Origin: an uncultured Endomicrobiia bacterium | GTDB taxonomy: Bacteria; Elusimicrobiota; Endomicrobiia; Endomicrobiales; Endomicrobiaceae | DNA: 56,034 bases | Reading direction: 5' to 3' | Assembly: GCA_905234925.1 (NCBI GenBank) | Contig: CAJOJJ010000001.1 | Coordinates: 1-56,034 of the forward strand | Made by a program: the position numbers and the translations under genes | Notes under the pieces: generated by a model | The model's input: only the letters and a program-made list of their open reading frames with translations | Told to the model about the DNA's origin: nothing | Database searches by the model: none | Shown here: positions 34,576-44,047 of the stretch, piece by piece | Layout of the letters: each line of letters starts with the position of its first letter | Position numbering within the stretch: position 1 is the first letter of the stretch

Positions 34576-35820
34576 TTACCAAACAAATGCTATTGTACCG
34601 CTGATAATCTTACCTTTTTCTTTTACCTTAATCTGATAAACGTACGTTCCGCTCTCTGCCCAGTCTCCACTGTTGTTCGTATCTTTTCTACCTTTCCATA
34701 CGAAACCGTTCGTATCGCCGGCAGTCAATTCCGCAATCTTCTTACCGTTCAAGTTGTATATTTTAACTGTATCGCCCTCAACCAAATTACCGAATCTGAA
34801 GCCCTCATAAGTTCCGTTAGAAATTCTGGATTTAATTCTTACTCTCTTTGCAGGTCTGTAATCGCTGTCGTTCAAATTACTGCTTACCATTATCAAGTAA
34901 TATCCAAAATTTGATATATCACAGGATACGGTTTTATTTTCCGTATCTACACTTGTTACTTTTACATACTCCCAAGTGCTTCCATCCGCACTGTAAAGAA
35001 CATCAAACTTGGTTGCCGTACTTCCGGAAGAACCGTAAGAGAAAGTGGCATAACCTTGAGTATTTATATTAATACCTCCGGTTGTATAAACTTTATATGC
35101 CGTAAGCATTTTATTTTTATCGATATCGGACGTTGCAACCGTTTTAACAGCCTTAAGTGCTGCAGAGCGTGCATAACCCGAAACAGGGAAAAATGCCGCA
35201 AACAAATCATCCAAAGAAATTTCTTCTATTATTACACTTCCGCTGCCCGATACTGAACCCGGATCAAAAGTAACCGTCGTTCCCGAATATTCCTGATTAC
35301 CGTCACTATACTCTACAGTTCCACCATCGGAAGCATTAACTTCTGCCGTGGCTGAAGATGCAACAAGAGCTTCTATATATTCATCCGCAGAAACATTGCT
35401 GTCCGGATAATAAGCCTCTGTTGTAACTCCGGAATCGTTCACCGCAATAATTCTTATTTTATAATGTACGGAAGAGACGCTTTCCGCCAATTCCGGCAAA
35501 GCAATATAAAATTCATTGTTGTTATATATGGTTAATTCATCATCTAATGCGGTACGCACTGTGGAATCTTTATCGGTATAATACAAAACATTTGCCGTAG
35601 CAGAAGAGTACCCTTCTCTACCAAACTCTACGGAAATTTTAGGCTTTAATAATCTGGTCTCAGCAGAAATAGTTTTGATAGGAGTATGTGAAATTGTTAC
35701 TTTAGGGAAATAAACATAAGCTTTCAACGTAGCAAAAGTAGTATCTGCAAAGGCACAATTAACCATTGCTGATAAGAATACTAAACATAAAAATGATAAT
35801 AACAAAATCTTTTTATTCAT
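34576..35820 (-). CDS. secreted protein with FlgD-Ig / T9SS-type C-terminal sorting-domain-like tail
   Basis: It has a signal peptide. The N-terminus TFATLKAYVYFPKV resembles the start of the 298-aa paralog. The last ~75 aa, DTVKIYNLNGKKIAELTAGDTNGFVWKGRKDTNNSGDWAESGTYVYQIKVKEKGKIISGTIAFVW, match the FlgD_ig/Por_Secre_tail pattern. Confidence 0.65.
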   Translation of the reverse strand: MNKKILLLSFLCLVFLSAMVNCAFADTTFATLKAYVYFPKVTISHTPIKTISAETRLLKPKISVEFGREGYSSATANVLYYTDKDSTVRTALDDELTIYNNNEFYIALPELAESVSSVHYKIRIIAVNDSGVTTEAYYPDSNVSADEYIEALVASSATAEVNASDGGTVEYSDGNQEYSGTTVTFDPGSVSGSGSVIIEEISLDDLFAAFFPVSGYARSAALKAVKTVATSDIDKNKMLTAYKVYTTGGININTQGYATFSYGSSGSTATKFDVLYSADGSTWEYVKVTSVDTENKTVSCDISNFGYYLIMVSSNLNDSDYRPAKRVRIKSRISNGTYEGFRFGNLVEGDTVKIYNLNGKKIAELTAGDTNGFVWKGRKDTNNSGDWAESGTYVYQIKVKEKGKIISGTIAFVW

Positions 35821-35823
35821 ACT

Positions 35824-36588
35824 CTATTTTTTCTGCTCTGATACAAAGTTACCGTCTTTATCTACTTTAAACTTAATTTCTTTCTGTACTTCTTTTTCCA
35901 ACGCATTTATTTTAAATACGGCAATATATTTGCCTTTTAACAAACCGTCAACAGGAATCAAATTTTCTATAAATTCTCTGCTACTTTCACAATAAGTAGG
36001 TACCGTTTCAGGTATCTCTATTGTTTTTACTAAATTCTTCTTATTTTTATAATATAAATCTATACTTCCCGAATGTCTGATGTGAACATTACCTTTATTT
36101 TTTACAACCATTTTATACTGAATAGTTTTATTTAAAGTTTGAAGATCTATAGATTCAATATCAAAATCAACATTTTCCGTGCCAAGTACCGTAATATACA
36201 AAGGAACCGACATCAACATACTTATCATCTGTCCTGATGTTCTTTCGGTCTTAAACTCTACTCTGATAGCAACAGAACCTTTGAAATTTTCACCTATAAA
36301 AACTTTATACGGTATCTCTATTTTTTCACCTGCACGAACATCATATTCTTTTTTATCAAAAACCAAAATTTTTTCAGCATCAAGATCTTTATTTTCTGAG
36401 AAACAATTTCCCAACGATACTTTGATAAAAACTCTTATATCCGTATCATCCGTATTGTTTATCGTATATATTCCGTCATACTCCGCACCGGGACCACCAA
36501 AAACATTCGTTACGGGAGGGTGAAGAGAAACTGCATAAGAGCAAGTAGTTAAGAGAATAAAAAAAAGTGTAAATAATATTTTTTTCAT
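35824..36588 (-). CDS. secreted two-domain beta-sandwich protein (periplasmic chaperone-like)
   Basis: It has a signal peptide. Two ~110-aa halves each show an Ig-like strand pattern (IYTINNTDDTDIRVFIKV..., YKMVVKNKGNVHIRHSGSIDLY...). No named family is recognised; the chaperone idea is inference. Confidence 0.55.
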   Translation of the reverse strand: MKKILFTLFFILLTTCSYAVSLHPPVTNVFGGPGAEYDGIYTINNTDDTDIRVFIKVSLGNCFSENKDLDAEKILVFDKKEYDVRAGEKIEIPYKVFIGENFKGSVAIRVEFKTERTSGQMISMLMSVPLYITVLGTENVDFDIESIDLQTLNKTIQYKMVVKNKGNVHIRHSGSIDLYYKNKKNLVKTIEIPETVPTYCESSREFIENLIPVDGLLKGKYIAVFKINALEKEVQKEIKFKVDKDGNFVSEQKK

Positions 36589-36597
36589 AGTATTACT

Positions 36598-37374
36598 CTA
36601 GTTATCAACTTCATAAACAAAATTTATAGTATTTGTTCCAAAATGGTCATTGCTTACTACATTTGAAAAAGCTGCACAGAAAAAAACCACCGCATCATAC
36701 TGTTTAGGAATCCAGCAACTCCCCTGATACGGAGCACTTCCGTCAAAACCACACCAAATTCCCCAATAAGAAACTATTTTTGCATACAATATCTTTTTGG
36801 TGGAAAAATTATCATCACTGACATCCAAAAGCAACCTTGTTCCATAAGTTGCAGAGGGAACATTATCACTGATTGTTACAAAATCAGTATAAGAAGGAAG
36901 AGTCGTTGGCAATGCATAATCAGGCTGGGTAGTATATACCTTATATAACATAGGAGCATATCCGTATTCTCCTCCGCCTGAACCTGCCCTAACTAAACCA
37001 TTGTACTTTGCTCTCTGTACATTTTCTTCATATTCAGTTCTTGATGCAGTTACTTTGTAGACATAACTTCCAACACTAATGTTATTTCTGTTGTCAGTAT
37101 ACACATATACATTTGCAGCCGTATTCGCTGTACATGTTGCTTTTATAACCGCATAAACATCTGAAACTTTATACTGTGGAGAGGATAAGCCATAAGTTAT
37201 ATCACTTGAACCTAAATTCCAAGAAATCTCATCAACTTCAGTCTCTCCATGAGAAGTTCCATTAATTGGATAAGTTCCGCTAAATTTATAAAGTTTTACA
37301 TCAAATTCTACATCAGCTCTCGCAAAAGCCGTAAAAAACAAAATAAAAGTTAATAAAATAAAAATTTTTTTCAT
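36598..37374 (-). CDS. secreted subunit-like protein, paralog of 37505..38401
   Basis: The signal peptide is MKKIFILLTFILFFTAFARA. Blocks shared with the upstream gene are NVYVYTDNRNN / KIFMYTDNKNG, GSGGGEYGY / GAGGGVWIGYGEY and the C-terminal DAVVFFCAAFSNVVSNDHFGTNTINF / KAVIFFNVAYNNLVGGSRYGTEMIQF. Confidence 0.6.
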   Translation of the reverse strand: MKKIFILLTFILFFTAFARADVEFDVKLYKFSGTYPINGTSHGETEVDEISWNLGSSDITYGLSSPQYKVSDVYAVIKATCTANTAANVYVYTDNRNNISVGSYVYKVTASRTEYEENVQRAKYNGLVRAGSGGGEYGYAPMLYKVYTTQPDYALPTTLPSYTDFVTISDNVPSATYGTRLLLDVSDDNFSTKKILYAKIVSYWGIWCGFDGSAPYQGSCWIPKQYDAVVFFCAAFSNVVSNDHFGTNTINFVYEVDN

Positions 37375-37464
37375 ATAATCAAAATGTTTTAAAACTTCAA
37401 CTTAAAATACTTTTTAATTAAATTGTCCCTTCAAACAACTTGATTAAAAAGTAAACAAGCTACA

Positions 37465-37494
37465 GGATAGAGGATATGAAAATATCCTCTATCC
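37465..37494 (-). terminator. strong stem-loop directly after the first gene of the surface operon (partial terminator or mRNA-stabilising hairpin)
   Basis: GGATAGAGGATAT-GAAA-ATATCCTCTATCC has a 13-bp perfect stem and lies 10 nt downstream of the stop of 37505..38401. No clean U-run follows immediately (TGTAGCTTGTTTACTTTTT). Confidence 0.5.
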
Positions 37495-37504
37495 CTAAAA
37501 ATAT

Positions 37505-38401
37505 TTATTCTGTTACTGTTGCAAACTGAATCATTTCTGTTCCGTATCTTGAACCACCTACAAGGTTGTTATAAGCTACGTTAAAGAAAATAACAGCTTT
37601 TTCATTAGCAAACCAGTTGCTTGAAACACCGGCATATTCACCATATCCTATCCAAACTCCTCCGCCTGCACCGGATCTTCCGATAGCCCAGTTCTTAGAG
37701 GATTCTGTTTCAAGATTTGCGCTGCTTGCTACGTTATCTATGGTATCGTTGATATCTATCAAAGTTCTCTTTCCGTTACCGAAAAGGGTATCATCAGCAT
37801 ACAAATTAGGATATTCAGTTATTTTCTGAGTATTGTCATCTCCGTTCTGTGCTACGGAAGCTTTCATTACTCTAACTCTTACACCCTGGATATCTCCGTC
37901 AGTATATGCCGTAGTCTGAGAAGATTGTGCATCTTTCTTTACGAGAGCACCATAAGATACGTGAGTATGATCTGCTCCGCCATAAGTCATAACCTGAGTT
38001 CTCGGTATGAATGTTTTATAACCGTTTGTACCATTTTTGTTGTCTGTGTACATAAAAATCTTTGTTCCTGCGGCAACTGCAGCTAAATTCGATTCAACAA
38101 AAGCAATCTGTCCTGCCTTTGCATACTGTTCTGTTGCAGAACCTAAAACAATAGCATTACCATTTACATCTTGGTCAACAGCGAAATTAATTTCTGTTGC
38201 CTGTGTTCCACTATAACCATTAATGAAACTCTTGCTGGAATCATAGTTGAACAATGAAACATTGAACTGCAAATCAACTGCACCAAACACAGCATAAGCT
38301 TTAAGTTTTGCGTACGATGTAGCTGTGGTTGCTGCCCAAGAACTGCTGCCAAGCGTTGTTGCTAACGCTAAAGCCAAAACTAAACTTACGACTTTCTTCA
38401 T
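37505..38401 (-). CDS. secreted subunit-like protein (298 aa), first gene of the surface operon
   Basis: The signal peptide is MKKVVSLVLALALATTLGSSSWA. The mature protein is Gly/Asn/Thr/Ser/Tyr-rich and beta-rich, and paralogous to 36598..37374. The RBS is AAAAGGAG. Confidence 0.65.
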   Translation of the reverse strand: MKKVVSLVLALALATTLGSSSWAATTATSYAKLKAYAVFGAVDLQFNVSLFNYDSSKSFINGYSGTQATEINFAVDQDVNGNAIVLGSATEQYAKAGQIAFVESNLAAVAAGTKIFMYTDNKNGTNGYKTFIPRTQVMTYGGADHTHVSYGALVKKDAQSSQTTAYTDGDIQGVRVRVMKASVAQNGDDNTQKITEYPNLYADDTLFGNGKRTLIDINDTIDNVASSANLETESSKNWAIGRSGAGGGVWIGYGEYAGVSSNWFANEKAVIFFNVAYNNLVGGSRYGTEMIQFATVTE

Positions 38402-38456
38402 TTTTATTCTCCTTTTTTACGCATATTTTTTTTGCATTTTTTATTTTTGCTTTGAT

Positions 38457-38485
38457 ATGATATAAAATCTTCTGAAAATTGTCAA
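38457..38485 (-). promoter_or_regulatory. candidate sigma70-type promoter of the surface operon
   Basis: The minus strand reads TTGACA (38485-38480), 17-nt spacer, TATCAT (38462-38457), about 55 nt upstream of the ATG at 38401. Confidence 0.5.
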
Positions 38486-38585
38486 CAAAAAATGGGAATT
38501 TTCACATCTTTTTCACAATTAAAAAAATCGTCGAATACAATACTGGATTGCCACACTCGAGAAAAACATCTCTCTCAATGACGGT

Positions 38586-38693
38586 AAAAAATTGCGAAGC
38601 AATTTTTTAAAGGTTGCATAGTATGAGGCGAGACGAAGAGTTTACGAAACGCGGTGTACGTAGCTGTAAGGGGTACATAAGTTTCGGAAACTC
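38586..38693. repeat. module F hairpin and second copy of module G
   Basis: AAAAATTGC-GAA-GCAATTTTT is at 38586-38608. GAGTTTACGAAAC...GGTGTACGTAG...GGTACATAAGTTTCGGAAACTC is at 38638-38693, with arms that differ from the 1769 copy but still pair. Confidence 0.8.
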
Positions 38694-38720
38694 AAAGTCG
38701 CAGCCCATAATATGCGACCG

Positions 38721-39980
38721 CTATAACTCCGTAGGATCGACAATATAACCTTTTATTGCCGACGCAGCCGCCACCGCCGGACTTGCAAGATAAAGTTCGG
38801 ATTTCGTATGTCCCATTCTGCCGACAAAGTTTCTGTTGGTAGTGGAAACGCATTTTTCTCCGCTTGCAAGAATACCCATATGTCCGCCAAGACAAGGTCC
38901 GCAGGTAGGTGCGGAAATTATTGCACCGGCTTCTATAAATATTTTCATTAACCCCTCTTTTAAAGCATCCGCATAAACTTGAGGTGTTGCAGGAATTATA
39001 ATAACTCTGACATTAGGATTAACTTTTTTGCCCTTTAATATTGATGCTGCTGCACGCAAATCTTCAATTCTGCCGTTTGTGCAAGAACCGATAACAACCT
39101 GGTCGATATAAGTTTTCTTTAAACTCTTTGCAGCCTTAGCATTAGACGGCAAGAAAGGTAAAGAAACCTGAGGATAGATTTTTGAGCAGTCTATCTCCAT
39201 AACATCGGCATATTTTGCATCTTTATCGCTCTCGTAAACTTTAAACTTTCTTAAAGCTCTTTTGGAAACATAATCAAGAGTTATTTTATCGACGGGAAAT
39301 ATTCCTGATTTTCCCCCGGCCTCAATAGCCATATTTGCCATAGTGAGCCTGTCGGACATTTTTAAATATTTTATCGTTTCACCTGTAAATTCCATAGTCT
39401 GATACAATGCACCGTCAACACCGATTTTACCTATAATATAAAGAATTAAATCTTTACCGCTGACATATTTGTTCAGTTTGCCTTTTAAAACAAACTTTAT
39501 AGACTGAGGAACTTTCAGCCATACTTTGCCGGTTGCAAGAGAAGCACCGACATCCGTAGAACCTACACCCGTCGAGAAAGCACCCAAAGCACCGTAAGTA
39601 CATGTATGAGAATCCGCACCGATAACAACGTCGCCGGGAACAACTATACCCTTTTCGGGCAAAAGAGCGTGCTCTATACCGACATTGCCGCCCTCATAAT
39701 AATGTTTAATTTTCTGTTCCTTGGCAAATTCTCTGACAAACTTTACATTTTCGGCAGATTTTATATCTTTGTTGGGAGTGAAATGATCCATAACCAAAGC
39801 TATTTTATTTTTATCGAAAACTTTCTTTTTGCCCGTCTTTAAATATTCTTTTATCGCCAAAGGAGCGGTTACATCGTTGGATAAAGAAATATCAACTTTC
39901 GGTTCGATAAATTCGCCCGGTACTACAGCTTTTTTACCACAGTGTGCGGCTAATATTTTTTCGGTTATAGTTTGACCCAT
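38721..39980 (-). CDS. leuC: 3-isopropylmalate dehydratase large subunit (aconitase-family, short LeuC/HacA type)
   Basis: 419 aa. [31 protein letters not shown] and [11 protein letters not shown] are aconitase-family LeuC motifs. Confidence 0.88.
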   Translation of the reverse strand: MGQTITEKILAAHCGKKAVVPGEFIEPKVDISLSNDVTAPLAIKEYLKTGKKKVFDKNKIALVMDHFTPNKDIKSAENVKFVREFAKEQKIKHYYEGGNVGIEHALLPEKGIVVPGDVVIGADSHTCTYGALGAFSTGVGSTDVGASLATGKVWLKVPQSIKFVLKGKLNKYVSGKDLILYIIGKIGVDGALYQTMEFTGETIKYLKMSDRLTMANMAIEAGGKSGIFPVDKITLDYVSKRALRKFKVYESDKDAKYADVMEIDCSKIYPQVSLPFLPSNAKAAKSLKKTYIDQVVIGSCTNGRIEDLRAAASILKGKKVNPNVRVIIIPATPQVYADALKEGLMKIFIEAGAIISAPTCGPCLGGHMGILASGEKCVSTTNRNFVGRMGHTKSELYLASPAVAAASAIKGYIVDPTEL

Positions 39981-39981
39981 T

Positions 39982-41529
39982 TTATTTTTTGCCTCCGAAT
40001 TGCATTATAACTATTTTGTTTACGGCATGAATATAAGCATTGATACTTGCTTCAACTATATCGGTTGACATACCTTTACCGATATATGTTGCTCCATCGT
40101 ATTTTACCTTAACATTCACTTCGCCCTGTGCATCTTCTCCGCCGGAAACTGCCCTTAAAGTGTAATCTTCCAAATCAACTTTTATGCCCGTTATTTTATC
40201 TATTGCTTTATATGCGGCATCAACAGGACCGGAACCGCAGGCTGCTTCCTGTATAACTTCTTTTTTATTTTTAACGGTTTTAACAAGCCTTATTGTTGCC
40301 GTCGGAATAACACCTACACCTGAAGTAACATTAACATAATCTACGGTAAATACTTCCTGTACACCGGAAACGGACTGTTCAACCAAAGAATTAATATCGT
40401 CGTCGAAAACACATTTTTTCTTATCGGCAAGAAGTTTAAACTTTGCAAATAAATCTTCCATTACGTTAGGTTCCAGTTTATAACCTAAATCTTTTAATCT
40501 CTTAAAGAAAGCATGACGTCCGGAATGTTTGCCGAGTACCAACATACTCTCGGGAACTCCTACATCCTGCGGAGACATAATTTCATAAGTTCTTTTATCT
40601 TTCAGCATACCGTCCTGATGAATACCCGACTCATGAGCAAAAGCATTTACGCCAACGATAGCTTTGTTAGGCTGAACAACAACACCCGTTAAATTGGAAA
40701 CAAGTCTGCTTGCCTTATAAATTTCTTTTGTCTTAATATTGTAGTTTACGGGATAAAACAAAGGTTTCGTTTTTATAGCCATTACTATTTCTTCAAGAGC
40801 GGCATTACCTGCTCTTTCCCCTATGCCGTTGATGGTACATTCTATCTGTCTTGCACCGTTTTCTATGGCTGCCAAAGAATTGGCAACGCCCAAGCCCAAA
40901 TCGTTATGACAGTGAACACTGATAACGGCTTTATCAATATTTTTTACTCTCTGTTTTATTGTTGCAATTAATTTACCGAATTCCGACGGAATAGAATATC
41001 CTACAGTATCGGGAATATTAACCGTCGTTGCACCAGCCTCTATAACGGCCTCAACTATTGAACATAAATATTCAACATCGCTTCTGCTGGCATCTTCCGC
41101 AGAAAATTCCACATCATCGCAAAAACTCTTTGCCAGTTTAACGGCATTAACCGCCATATCAAAAACCTGTTTTCTTGTCTTCTGCAATTTCTTCTCTATA
41201 TGTAAATCCGATGTTGCAATAAACGTATGGATTCTGGGCTTTTTGGAATATTTTATTGCGTTCCAACACGTTGTGATATCTTTTGTATTTGCTCTTGAAA
41301 GCCCGCAAATAACGGGACCTTTTACCTGCTGTGCTATGGATTTAACGGATTCAAAATCACCCTCGCTTGATATAGGGAAACCTGCCTCTATTATATCCAC
41401 ACTCATTGATGCCAGCTGCTGTGCAACAAGCAGCTTTTCCTGAAATGTCATACTGGCGCCGGGAGACTGTTCTCCGTCTCTTAAAGTTGTATCAAAAAAA
41501 ACTACGGTATCTTTTTTATTTTTAACCAT
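39982..41529 (-). CDS. leuA: 2-isopropylmalate synthase (LeuA/CimA family, with C-terminal regulatory domain)
   Basis: [34 protein letters not shown] and [13 protein letters not shown] are the signatures. The 515-aa length includes the LeuA dimer/regulatory domain. Confidence 0.9.
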   Translation of the reverse strand: MVKNKKDTVVFFDTTLRDGEQSPGASMTFQEKLLVAQQLASMSVDIIEAGFPISSEGDFESVKSIAQQVKGPVICGLSRANTKDITTCWNAIKYSKKPRIHTFIATSDLHIEKKLQKTRKQVFDMAVNAVKLAKSFCDDVEFSAEDASRSDVEYLCSIVEAVIEAGATTVNIPDTVGYSIPSEFGKLIATIKQRVKNIDKAVISVHCHNDLGLGVANSLAAIENGARQIECTINGIGERAGNAALEEIVMAIKTKPLFYPVNYNIKTKEIYKASRLVSNLTGVVVQPNKAIVGVNAFAHESGIHQDGMLKDKRTYEIMSPQDVGVPESMLVLGKHSGRHAFFKRLKDLGYKLEPNVMEDLFAKFKLLADKKKCVFDDDINSLVEQSVSGVQEVFTVDYVNVTSGVGVIPTATIRLVKTVKNKKEVIQEAACGSGPVDAAYKAIDKITGIKVDLEDYTLRAVSGGEDAQGEVNVKVKYDGATYIGKGMSTDIVEASINAYIHAVNKIVIMQFGGKK

Positions 41530-41531
41530 TT

Positions 41532-42341
41532 TTATTTTTCCTCTTTATTTTCTTTTTTAAATTTTACCATTGCTTTTCTTATCTTATATCCTCTTACGAG
41601 GAGTACAACAAAACCTGATAGGATATATAGCAAGAATATTATAAAAATTGTATTCTGCGGATATGTGCATATCAACGCTACAAAAATTATTGCCAAGAAA
41701 AACACTTGTATGGATTTCGGTCTTGTCCATTTAATATGTTTGAAAGCTCCGTAAGGAACTGTCGATACCATCAAAAATGCAAGAATTAACATTATTACCG
41801 GCATTGCGTTGAAGAAAAACGGCATCTTCTTCATAAGCAAAGGAATAGTTTTAAAATTCAATACGGTTCCGTCAATAATTTCATAACTTAAAACGAAAGA
41901 TGCAATAAGCCCTGCCGATGCAGGAGTAGGAAGCCCGGAAAAAGTATCGCTGTGAGGCTTTGTTTTATCTACAGGTTCCATGGCTTTAACATTAAATTTG
42001 GCAAGTCTTGTAGCACTTGCAATTACAAAAATCACAGCTATTGCAATACCTACATTTCCCATAGAATTTAAAACAAGCTGATACATTAAAACTGCGGGAG
42101 CAACGCCGAAAGAAACCAAATCACACAATGAGTCAAACTCCATACCGAATTTGCTCATTGTCTTAGTAAGTCGTGCTACTCTTCCGTCACTCATATCAAA
42201 AAGTATTGCCAATATTATAAACCACGCAGCAGCATTAAGTTTATCTCCTATGGATAAAATTATTGAAATAAAACCTGCCGCTAAATTTCCTGCCGTAAAC
42301 ATACTGGGTAAAACATATAATCCTTTTTTTAAAGAAGGCAT
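41532..42341 (-). CDS. pssA: CDP-diacylglycerol--serine O-phosphatidyltransferase
   Basis: The CDP-alcohol phosphatidyltransferase motif is [34 protein letters not shown]. It is a multi-TM protein lying next to psd. Confidence 0.88.
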   Translation of the reverse strand: MPSLKKGLYVLPSMFTAGNLAAGFISIILSIGDKLNAAAWFIILAILFDMSDGRVARLTKTMSKFGMEFDSLCDLVSFGVAPAVLMYQLVLNSMGNVGIAIAVIFVIASATRLAKFNVKAMEPVDKTKPHSDTFSGLPTPASAGLIASFVLSYEIIDGTVLNFKTIPLLMKKMPFFFNAMPVIMLILAFLMVSTVPYGAFKHIKWTRPKSIQVFFLAIIFVALICTYPQNTIFIIFLLYILSGFVVLLVRGYKIRKAMVKFKKENKEEK

Positions 42342-42356
42342 TTTTATTCTCCGATT

Positions 42357-42528
42357 AAAAATTTGTGAAACAAATTTTTAGAAGATTTGAAGATTGGATG
42401 ATTGGAAGATTGGAAGCTACATTGTAAAATTTGCTTCGCAAATTTTGTTATTTATAAAAATTCCTATTTTCCTCTGATCTTCTTATCTTCTACTCTTCTA
42501 ATCTTCCAAATTGCCATCGGCAATTTTA
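42357..42528. repeat. intergenic mosaic F-C-F-C(rev)-F filling the psd-pssA spacer
   Basis: The modules are: AAAAATTTG-TGAAA-CAAATTTTT (42357-42379); GAAGATTT GAAGATTG GATGATTG GAAGATTG GAAGCTAC (42380-42417, period 8); AAAATTTGC-TTC-GCAAATTTT (42424-42447); the reverse-complement C array (42461-42508); AAATTGCC-ATC-GGCAATTT (42507-42528). Confidence 0.9.
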
Positions 42529-43131
42529 TTTGATTGTGGCAAATATTGTAAGACCGGATGTAACTTTATCTCCGGGTTTAACTCTTAATTTAAAACCTGC
42601 AGGCATAATCAAATCTACCTGAGAGCTGAATTTTATTACGCCGATTTTACTTCCCTGCTCAATAACATCTCCCGGTTTAACCCAAGAAACACATCTTCTT
42701 GCAAGAACACCAGCAATCTGTTTAACTATATATGTACCGGTTTCATTTTCTATAGTTATTAAATTCTGTTCATTTTCAACATGAGCTTCGGGCAAATGTG
42801 CTTTTAAAAATTTGCCGGGCTTATGTTCTACGGATTTTACGGTTCCCGATATGGGGCTTCTTTGTAAATGAACATTGGCTACGGACATAAAAACTCTTAC
42901 TTCGCTCTGTCCGTTTTCATTTTCAATTACGTCCAAAACAGTTCCGTTGCAAGGCGACAAAATAAAATTATCGTCTCTGTTTACGGTTAAATGGGGATCT
43001 CTGAAAAACATTAAACATAACAGAGAACATAAATAAAAAAGTACCGATACCGGCGCAAATATAAAAGAACATATGATACCTGCTATTAAAAAACCTAAAA
43101 TAAACGGATAACCTTCTTTAACTATCGACAT
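42526..43131 (-). CDS. psd: phosphatidylserine decarboxylase proenzyme, short (archaetidylserine-decarboxylase-like) type
   Basis: ~200 aa with N-terminal TM helices and C-terminal GSKIGVIKFSSQVDLIMP, the position of the pyruvoyl-forming self-cleavage site. The start is moved to the ATG at 43131 (RBS GGAGGGG). Confidence 0.82.
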   Translation of the reverse strand: MSIVKEGYPFILGFLIAGIICSFIFAPVSVLFYLCSLLCLMFFRDPHLTVNRDDNFILSPCNGTVLDVIENENGQSEVRVFMSVANVHLQRSPISGTVKSVEHKPGKFLKAHLPEAHVENEQNLITIENETGTYIVKQIAGVLARRCVSWVKPGDVIEQGSKIGVIKFSSQVDLIMPAGFKLRVKPGDKVTSGLTIFATIK

Positions 43132-43198
43132 AAACCCCTCCGAATAAAAAATGATGGTTAAGTATTTTAGCAAATTATAAAGAAATTTGCAAAGAAAG

Positions 43199-43993
43199 CT
43201 ATAATTTCTTTATTTCGCTTTTCTTAAACGGCTTAGTATTATTCTCGCCTAATTCGATATTTATAACTTCTTTTATACAGTCAATTGATACAACTGTTCC
43301 CGCACCTTCCGGTGTAGAAACACGCGCACCGATTTTGGGAGCATCTTTTTTAAAGTCCACGTATGTTTCATATTCGTAAGCCAAACAACACATAAGTCTT
43401 CCGCAGCATCCCGACAATTTTGAAGTATTTAAAGATAAATCCTGATATTTCGCCATATCAATAGTTACGGAACTGAAATCTTTTAAAAACTGCTGGCAGC
43501 ACAAACATTTGCCGCAAGTTCCTACCCCGCCGACTATTTTGGATTCGTCTCTTACGCCTATCTGCACCATTTGAATTCTTTTTTTCAAAGAGTGTGCCAA
43601 ATCTTTTATCAGTTCTCTAAAGTCTACACGTGTATCGGAAGTGTAATAAATAAAAAGTTTTGTCCTGTCAAAAGTATATTGAACATAAGTCAACTTCATA
43701 TCAAGTTTATGTTCCTGAATTTTTTTTGAAACAACCACCCTTGCCTGTGCCGTTTTAACTTCATTGTTTTGAAGTCTGATTAAATCATTTTCCGTAGCTT
43801 TTCTCAAAATTCTTCCGATATACTCATCTTTAGGAAATTCGATATGTTTTTCTTTTTCACAAACCGTACCGAACTCTGTTCCGTGTTCCGTCTCAAGAAT
43901 AACTTTATCGTTCAAAGCATAATCATATTGTCCCGTCTGAGCATATACTTTATCTTTAATTCTTCTTACTAAAACTCCCACTACCATTGGCAT
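43199..43993 (-). CDS. yaaT: PSP1-domain protein (YaaT/RicT family)
   Basis: It has a PSP1 C-terminal domain pattern with the Cys cluster GTCGKCLCCQQF...CCGRLMCCLAYE. The conserved tmk-holB-yaaT order is kept. Confidence 0.85.
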   Translation of the reverse strand: MPMVVGVLVRRIKDKVYAQTGQYDYALNDKVILETEHGTEFGTVCEKEKHIEFPKDEYIGRILRKATENDLIRLQNNEVKTAQARVVVSKKIQEHKLDMKLTYVQYTFDRTKLFIYYTSDTRVDFRELIKDLAHSLKKRIQMVQIGVRDESKIVGGVGTCGKCLCCQQFLKDFSSVTIDMAKYQDLSLNTSKLSGCCGRLMCCLAYEYETYVDFKKDAPKIGARVSTPEGAGTVVSIDCIKEVINIELGENNTKPFKKSEIKKL

Positions 43994-44004
43994 ATTATTC
44001 TCCT

Positions 44005-44028
44005 TAAAAAATTGCTTCGCTATTTTTT
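44005..44028. repeat. module F hairpin immediately upstream of the yaaT RBS
   Basis: The coding strand reads AAAAAATAGC-GAA-GCAATTTTTT AAGGAG AATAAT ATG. Confidence 0.8.
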
Positions 44029-44047
44029 AGTTTATAAGATTATTGGG

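Noticed and set aside
38692-38895. 67-aa minus-strand ORF overlapping the 3' end of leuC
   Set aside because: It lies out of frame inside the well-supported leuC gene and extends into repeat DNA, with no RBS.
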